Assembly (NCBI GenBank): GCA_038534095.1
Contig: JBCAXK010000001.1
Span: forward strand, 1-64,000
Direction of reading: 5' to 3'
Length of the DNA stretch: 64,000 nt
From: Chlamydiota bacterium
GTDB taxonomy: Bacteria; Chlamydiota; Chlamydiia; Chlamydiales; SM23-39
How positions within the stretch are numbered: position 1 is the first letter of the stretch; every line of letters begins with the position of its first letter. The position numbers and the translations under genes were made by a program. The notes under the pieces were generated by a model. The model did not search any database. It was given only the letters and a program-made list of their open reading frames with translations, and was not told where the DNA came from. Below are positions 58,119 through 64,000 of this stretch, piece by piece.

Positions 58119-59468
58119 ATGAAAAGATCGATCAAAACCTACTACTTCCGCACTTATGGCTGCCAGATGAATGAACTGGATACCGAAATCATGATAGGAG
58201 CTCTTAAAAGACGAGGCTTGGTAGAGGCTGCGGAAGAAACGGCTGATCTTGTTGTCTTCAACACCTGCTCTATTCGAGACCTTGCTGAGAGAAAGGTGAT
58301 GGGAAAATTGGGCCAACTAGGAAGAAAGGAGAAACGGCAGATCATCGGCGTAACCGGCTGCATGGCCATGGCCAAAAAGTCCTCTCTTTTTCGGAAATTT
58401 CCCCATTTAGATTTTGTGATTGGCACAAACAATATTTCTGATTTAGACGCCGTTCTCGATGAGGTGATGACCACAAACAGGCAAGTTTTTCGAACAGAAG
58501 ACCGTTTTGAAGAAAATCTTGACTATCTGGTTGCAGAAAGAAAAGATCCGATCAAAGCGCATGTGTCGATCATCCGTGGATGTGATAAATTTTGCACCTA
58601 CTGCGTCGTTCCCTATACAAGAGGGCAAGAGGTTTCTCGGGATCCAACAAGCATTGTCGAAGAGTGTAAAAAACTCGTCGATGCAGGGTACAAAGAGATC
58701 ACCCTTCTTGGACAAAATGTGAACAGTTACGGAAAAGATCGGAAAGACTGGAACTGCCTGTTTCATGATCTTTTGTACCGTTTAGATCAAATTCCTGGTC
58801 TTTTACGCGTCCGTTTTATGACCTCACACCCTGTAGATATTACAGAAGAGCTGATGTACGCGGTGCGTGATCTACGCTCATCGTGCAATTTAGTCCACTT
58901 TCCCATACAAGCCGGCTCAAGTAGAATTCTGAAAAAAATGCACCGGATTTACACCAAAGAGGAATATTTAGAAAAAGTTGCCAAACTCCGCTCGATTGTT
59001 CCCAATGTAGCTTTAGGCACCGACATCATTGTGGGGTTCCCTACAGAAACCGATGAAGAATTTCTAGAAACCTACAAGGTATTTGAAGACATTGGGTATG
59101 ACGTTGCTTTTCTTTACACCTATAGCCCGCGAAAAGGGACTCCTGCTATGCGCTGGAAAGACGATATCTCTCAAGAAGTAAAAAATGCTAGGCTACAAAG
59201 TCTTATGGACCTTTACGCAAAAATTAGCGCAAAAAAACGGGCAGAAATGGTGGGGCAAACCGTGGAAGTCTTGTTAGAAAGAGAGAACAAAGACAAAAAG
59301 CATCTCTACGGACGGACAAGATGCTGGAAGAAGGTGATCTGCTCTGCAGATCGGAGCCTAATTGGGCAGGAGATTACTGTGAAGGTGACCGGTTTTCATC
59401 ATCAAACCCTTTTGGGCGAAGTGATCCAAACAAGTCCTTTACCTATGCACGCTCAATCTGCTTCCTAA
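58119..59468 (+). CDS. miaB: tRNA i6A37 methylthiotransferase
   Basis: TYGCQMN, NTCSIR, GCMA, radical-SAM CDKFCTYC and a TRAM domain. Confidence 0.95.
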   Translation: MKRSIKTYYFRTYGCQMNELDTEIMIGALKRRGLVEAAEETADLVVFNTCSIRDLAERKVMGKLGQLGRKEKRQIIGVTGCMAMAKKSSLFRKFPHLDFVIGTNNISDLDAVLDEVMTTNRQVFRTEDRFEENLDYLVAERKDPIKAHVSIIRGCDKFCTYCVVPYTRGQEVSRDPTSIVEECKKLVDAGYKEITLLGQNVNSYGKDRKDWNCLFHDLLYRLDQIPGLLRVRFMTSHPVDITEELMYAVRDLRSSCNLVHFPIQAGSSRILKKMHRIYTKEEYLEKVAKLRSIVPNVALGTDIIVGFPTETDEEFLETYKVFEDIGYDVAFLYTYSPRKGTPAMRWKDDISQEVKNARLQSLMDLYAKISAKKRAEMVGQTVEVLLERENKDKKHLYGRTRCWKKVICSADRSLIGQEITVKVTGFHHQTLLGEVIQTSPLPMHAQSAS

Positions 59469-61452
59469 ATTCTTCCTCTGATAAAATAGGGACTCCAAGC
59501 TTTTCTGCTTTGGCAAGTTTTGAACCTGGGTCCTCTCCAACAAGGAGAAAATCGGTTTTTTTGCTAACAGAGTTCTTGATCAGTCCCCCTTTTTGTTTGA
59601 TGATTTTTCCCGCCTCCTCTCTTGTATACCGCTGCAAAGATCCTGTAAGGACAAAGGACTTCCCGGAAAAGGGGTGCCCCTCTTCGATAGGTTCTTGAGA
59701 AAAAATAGGCTCGACTCCTAAGGAGAGGAGGTCTTCGATTTCTTGACGGCGAGTTGGATCAGACAAAAATGTGATCAAAGATTGCGCCGCTTTTTCACCA
59801 ATACCATCGATAGCAAGCAAATCTTCTTTGCTGATCCTATATAAATTAGATAGGGTGCCAGCTCTCTCTTCCAAAAGCGGCGCCGTTTCTTTGCCCACAT
59901 ACTGAATGCCAAGAGCAAGTAGAAACCGGTGGAGCGGAACCCTTTTCGACTCTTCGATATTGCTCAAAAGTTTTTGAATCGATTTTTCTTGGAAATTAGG
60001 CAAGCTTTCCAAATCTTCTTTGCGCAGGCGGTAAATATCAGAAAACCTTTGTACAAGATTGGTTTCAAACAATTTTCTCATCACCTTGACTCCTAAAGAG
60101 CCGATATCCATCCCTTGCTTACTTGCATAAAAGATCAGTCTTTGCAATTGAATTTGAGGACAAGTGGGATTCGAGCAACGAACGGCTACTTCATCAGGAT
60201 GTTTTTCTAAGGGAGCATCACAAAAAGGGCATGTTTGAGGCATGATCCAAGGCTTTGCCTTCTGGGGCCGTTTTTTCCGCAGGACTGAGACCACCTTTGG
60301 GATCACATCTCCCCCTTTCTCAATCACTACAGCGTCTCCTATCCGGATATCTTTTCGCTGAATTTCCTCTTGGTTGTGCAAAGTAGCTCGAGAGATCAAG
60401 CTCCCCTGTAATAGGGTAGGTCTTAGCTCAGCTACAGGGGTGAGAACCCCTGTTCTCCCCATTTGAAGCGTGATTTCTTCAATAAGCGTTTCCGCCTGTT
60501 CGGGAGCAAACTTATATGCGACCGAAGAGCGGGGACATTTCCCTGTAAATCCTAACCGATCGTGGTAAGCAAGCGTATCGACTTTCACAACAATCCCATC
60601 GATTTCGAAGGGGAGCTTATGACGAGCCGCCTTCACCTTATCCGCAAAGGCTAAAATCTCTTGGGCGGTTTCACACCTTGCAAAATGCTCTTCTTTGGCT
60701 ACAGGAAGGCCCAGTTTGCGAAGGGCAAGATGGACTTCATGTTGGGAAGAAAAGGCGTCCACATTTGCCGCGCCATAAAAAACGACTTTGAGTTTTCTTG
60801 CTTGCACTTCACGCGGACTAAGCAGCTTGAGCGACCCTGCAGCGGCGTTTCTTGGATTCGCCCAAGGGCTCAGGCCATTTTCTTCCCGATCAAGATTCAT
60901 CTCTTGAAAATGCTGAATAGGTAGATAAACTTCTCCCCGTAGCTCCAAATCCTGAGGCACCTGCTTCCCTTTTAAAACGAGAGGGAGCGAGCGGATCGTT
61001 TTCATATTGTTGGTAATATCATCCCCCATAGTCCCGTTCCCCCGCGTCAACGCGCAGGAAAGTTCCCCTTTTTTGTAGATCACAGACACAGCTACGCCGT
61101 CCATTTTTAGCTCCACAGAAAAGGATAAAGCCTCTTTTCCCAAAGTCTTTTTTACCCGATCTATGAACTCCTGCAACTCCTTAGCAGAGTAGGTGTTGGC
61201 AAGAGAGCGCATCGGCGTGCGATGTTTTCTTTTGGTAAATCCTTCTGTTAACGGATCGGAAACCCTCTGAGTAGGTGACTGGGGATCGATTTTTTCTGGA
61301 TGTTTTTTTTCAAATTGATCGACTCTCGAAAAAAGCTGATCATACTCGTAGTCAGAAATCGTAGGATCCGCTTTTTCATAGTAGAGATGGTCGTGATGGA
61401 TGAGCTCCTTAACGAGCTTCTGGTACTCTTTTTCATCGGAAATAGGGTTCAT
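59443..61452 (-). CDS. ligA: NAD-dependent DNA ligase
   Basis: ELKMDG, TRGNG, ELRGE, NPRNAAAGS, DGIVVK, Zn finger, HhH and BRCT. Confidence 0.97.
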   Translation of the reverse strand: MNPISDEKEYQKLVKELIHHDHLYYEKADPTISDYEYDQLFSRVDQFEKKHPEKIDPQSPTQRVSDPLTEGFTKRKHRTPMRSLANTYSAKELQEFIDRVKKTLGKEALSFSVELKMDGVAVSVIYKKGELSCALTRGNGTMGDDITNNMKTIRSLPLVLKGKQVPQDLELRGEVYLPIQHFQEMNLDREENGLSPWANPRNAAAGSLKLLSPREVQARKLKVVFYGAANVDAFSSQHEVHLALRKLGLPVAKEEHFARCETAQEILAFADKVKAARHKLPFEIDGIVVKVDTLAYHDRLGFTGKCPRSSVAYKFAPEQAETLIEEITLQMGRTGVLTPVAELRPTLLQGSLISRATLHNQEEIQRKDIRIGDAVVIEKGGDVIPKVVSVLRKKRPQKAKPWIMPQTCPFCDAPLEKHPDEVAVRCSNPTCPQIQLQRLIFYASKQGMDIGSLGVKVMRKLFETNLVQRFSDIYRLRKEDLESLPNFQEKSIQKLLSNIEESKRVPLHRFLLALGIQYVGKETAPLLEERAGTLSNLYRISKEDLLAIDGIGEKAAQSLITFLSDPTRRQEIEDLLSLGVEPIFSQEPIEEGHPFSGKSFVLTGSLQRYTREEAGKIIKQKGGLIKNSVSKKTDFLLVGEDPGSKLAKAEKLGVPILSEEEFRKQIERA

Positions 61453-62387
61453 CGCTCAAACCGATCTAACACGTAAGAGCGCCCCTCTTCGATGAGCAAA
61501 GGATCTTTGAGACTTCTTTTTTTCTCGAGGATCTTTCTATTTGCGCTCAAACGAACTGTTTTCAGACCTGGAAGAGATAGATGCACCTTCGCCTCTTTCT
61601 TTCCGTGAATATGAATCATACGCATCTTATTTTTTGACCAACTAAAATCGATATGACCTACCCCTTCCACAAAAATACCGGTCATCTTCCCAAAAGGGAA
61701 CCACTTTTTTGGCAAGAAATGGAGAGTATTGTTTTTGTAGAAAAAAAAGCAGGTAGCAATCAGAGAAGAGCCATAGGAAAACGGATCTTCTAACACAGAA
61801 GGAATGCGCAAACGAAATGGATCCTTTTCGGGGCAAAAAATCCCAGAAAACTCGGACCAAAACGTGCGAAGTAACAGATTTTGATCGACAAGAGGAGCCG
61901 GTTTTTTTGCTGGATAAAAGGTAGCAATTCTATGCCAAAGAGGCAAAATCTCTTCAAGAGTTCCCCTTCTCCGCACCTCTTCTATCTCTTGTTTTTTATG
62001 CGAGCCTAAAGAAAGTTTTTCTTGTGAAAGCGCCGCTTCTTGTACAGGGATCTTTTCTAACGGAAATCCCGAAAAAGTTGTGTTGCAGTCAGCAGGTTTT
62101 TTTTTCACAAGGAAAGCAACGTTTTTTTCGGATACAAGATGAAAACGGAAATACCCCTCTTGCGCTTTGCCAGAAATTTCAATGCGCCCGTTTTCTGCGT
62201 TCAATACGCAAAGAAACGTAGAAAAAGGACCAGTAAAAGAATGGGTAATCTTCGCGTTTAAAGAGCCATTTTCGAGCAAAATTTCTGTAGGGTAAATTGT
62301 AGCCACCCAGTCTGTACGTAAAATAGGCAGTTTGCAGACAAACGAGCGGGAAAAGGGAGCATACTTTCCTCCAATACTTATCGGCAT
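61449..62387 (-). CDS. Hypothetical protein, possibly with a glycoside-hydrolase-type C-terminal beta-sandwich
   Basis: Overlaps both mtaB and ligA; C-terminal LHFLP...GKMTG...IDFSW pattern resembles GH95-type C-terminal domains. Confidence 0.6.
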   Translation of the reverse strand: MPISIGGKYAPFSRSFVCKLPILRTDWVATIYPTEILLENGSLNAKITHSFTGPFSTFLCVLNAENGRIEISGKAQEGYFRFHLVSEKNVAFLVKKKPADCNTTFSGFPLEKIPVQEAALSQEKLSLGSHKKQEIEEVRRRGTLEEILPLWHRIATFYPAKKPAPLVDQNLLLRTFWSEFSGIFCPEKDPFRLRIPSVLEDPFSYGSSLIATCFFFYKNNTLHFLPKKWFPFGKMTGIFVEGVGHIDFSWSKNKMRMIHIHGKKEAKVHLSLPGLKTVRLSANRKILEKKRSLKDPLLIEEGRSYVLDRFER

Positions 62388-63643
62388 ACGCCCTCAAGCC
62401 CTGCAGGGGTATTCCGAACAATTTCAACAGAAAGAAGGGTATTCGACTTTAGCCCCTTTCCTTGCACATACACTGGAAGAAAATGTTCGCTATGACCAAA
62501 AGATCTTGCTCCTTCTTCGGTTTCCACTAATACTTGTGCCCGCTCTCCGACATAAGCCTCTCTCATAGAAAAGGCTATTTCTTCTGCTTTTCTTAAAAGA
62601 AAGGATTTTCTCCTCTGGATTTCCTCTTGAGGCACAGGGTCTTTATAAGTAGCGGCCTTCGTTCTTTCTCTGGGGCTATAGGGAAACATATGTACTTTAG
62701 CAAATGAGGCTTTTTCTAACGCATCAATGGTATCTAAAAAATCTTTTTCGCTCTCTCCTGGGAATCCCACAATTACGTCGGTTGTGCAGGTAAAGAGAGG
62801 GTTTTCCTGCCGAAGCCTTTGCAAAGAATCAAAAAACATTTGTCGGGTATACTTCCTATTCATCCGTTTCAAAATAACATTCGAACCAGACTGCAGAACA
62901 ATATGCATGCTAGGGCATGTTTTTTTTCCGCGTAAAATAGCCTCTTTGAGAGGATCGTCCACCTCATCAGGATCTATTGAAGAGACCCGGATACGTTCCA
63001 ACCCATCAATAGCGTCCACTTCCCAAATAAGGTCAGCAAGGCCTTTCCCTTCGTCAGAAAAATCCCCAATATTGATGCCTGTCAAAACAACTTCTTTATA
63101 CCCTTGTTCCACAAGGCCACGGATTTCTTCCAAAATCTCTTCGGTTTTTCTCGAGCGGGATCTTCCTCTAACGTACGGAATAATGCAGTAAGTACAAAAT
63201 GAATTGCACCCATCTTGAATTTTTACAAACGCTCTTGTCCTAGCTGAAAAATGGTCAATTTTGAACTCAGGGTACCTATCCTCTTCTGGAAAAACCTGTT
63301 CCACAAGAGACTCTTTATCTTGATTGCGAACAAGCTGGATCGAAGTATCATGCTCTTTTCCAAGCTGCAAAAGACGCTCACGAGCCCCGTTTGAAGAGTC
63401 GACCAAGCATCCTGTAACAACTACTTTTGCCCCGGGGTGTTTTTTGATTTCCTGAGCAATTTTCGCTTTCGAGCGCTGATCTGCTGATTGGGTGACTGTG
63501 CAGGTGTTGATGATACAAAGATCAGCCGCCTCCCCGTCTTCAGCTCGCGCGTACCCCATCTCACGAAGCTGCCGCTCATAAGCCTTTGACTCATATTGAT
63601 TGGTTCTACAGCCCAATGTAGTAACAGAAAACTTTTTTTTCAT
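62378..63643 (-). CDS. mtaB: tRNA t6A37 methylthiotransferase
   Basis: TLGCRTNQYES, NTCTVT, TRAFVKIQDGCNSFCTYC and HMFPYSPR. Confidence 0.92.
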   Translation of the reverse strand: MKKKFSVTTLGCRTNQYESKAYERQLREMGYARAEDGEAADLCIINTCTVTQSADQRSKAKIAQEIKKHPGAKVVVTGCLVDSSNGARERLLQLGKEHDTSIQLVRNQDKESLVEQVFPEEDRYPEFKIDHFSARTRAFVKIQDGCNSFCTYCIIPYVRGRSRSRKTEEILEEIRGLVEQGYKEVVLTGINIGDFSDEGKGLADLIWEVDAIDGLERIRVSSIDPDEVDDPLKEAILRGKKTCPSMHIVLQSGSNVILKRMNRKYTRQMFFDSLQRLRQENPLFTCTTDVIVGFPGESEKDFLDTIDALEKASFAKVHMFPYSPRERTKAATYKDPVPQEEIQRRKSFLLRKAEEIAFSMREAYVGERAQVLVETEEGARSFGHSEHFLPVYVQGKGLKSNTLLSVEIVRNTPAGLEGVCR

Positions 63644-63878
63644 GAAAGGTCCTTACCGTAGCACGTGTTAGTATACAAAAAAAACGGTTGGAAAATCACG
63701 AAGAATTTCGAAAGAAAGAACAGCTATCTGAAGATTCTACAAGAAAACTCCCCTGGGGGAAAATCGTATTTTAAATACAAACACTCCTTTCATAAAAAAT
63801 CTTTAGAAAATAAGCTTATTTAAATGCTATAAGTATTCGCATAAAATACAAGCAATACAATTCAATGAGCATAACGTA

Positions 63879-64000
63879 ATGAGCTCTATCCCCCCTTTCC
63901 GTACACCTCCTTATCAAAATCAAAGCATGGACGTTTCCACTGCTGATAGTCCTGCTCATGAAAGTGAGGAACAAGCTTCTATGCATGTTTCGTCCAACAT
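63879..64000 (+). CDS. 5' part of an orphan S/P-rich ORF running off the window
   Basis: Open to the window end: MSSIPPFRTPPYQNQSMDVSTADSPAHESEEQASMHVSSN. Confidence 0.45.
   Translation, partial: MSSIPPFRTPPYQNQSMDVSTADSPAHESEEQASMHVSSN

Noticed and set aside
13519..63420. Many 60-190-aa ORFs antisense to or nested in housekeeping genes (e.g. 13519-14103, 36681-37250, 41090-41485, 62727-63191)
   Set aside because: Shadow ORFs of conserved genes with no independent coding evidence

Overview
A 64-kb chromosomal window from an environmental member of Chlamydiota. The assignment rests on chlamydial gene order (rpmE2-prfA-prmC-ffh-rpsP-trmD-rplS-rnhB-[yicC]-gmk-rpoZ-metG/recD2, and lptFG/tilS-ftsH with tadA/rpsO-pnp), RNase HII plus HIII, the long chlamydial FtsH and a MOMP-like porin. 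About two thirds of the window is housekeeping. Between the core blocks lie orphan, low-complexity or hydrophobic ORFs that look like host-interaction (T3SS/Inc-like) candidates, plus several secreted hydrolases. The most notable observations are: (1) an intact 1563-aa signal-peptide-bearing RHS/YD protein that has lost its autoproteolysis aspartates and has no toxin tip or immunity gene; (2) a SemiSWEET/PQ-loop transporter overlapping thiamine pyrophosphokinase, a candidate thiamine-scavenging module; (3) an unannotated, decayed large serine recombinase running antisense into tRNA-Asn, an integrative-element scar; (4) a diverged ~300-bp direct repeat alternating with orphan ORFs; (5) a 25-bp hairpin between rpsO and pnp; (6) an unannotated 33-aa basic ORF with a strong RBS. 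No CRISPR array, rRNA or intact transposase was seen. All calls come from reading motifs by eye; no searches were run.
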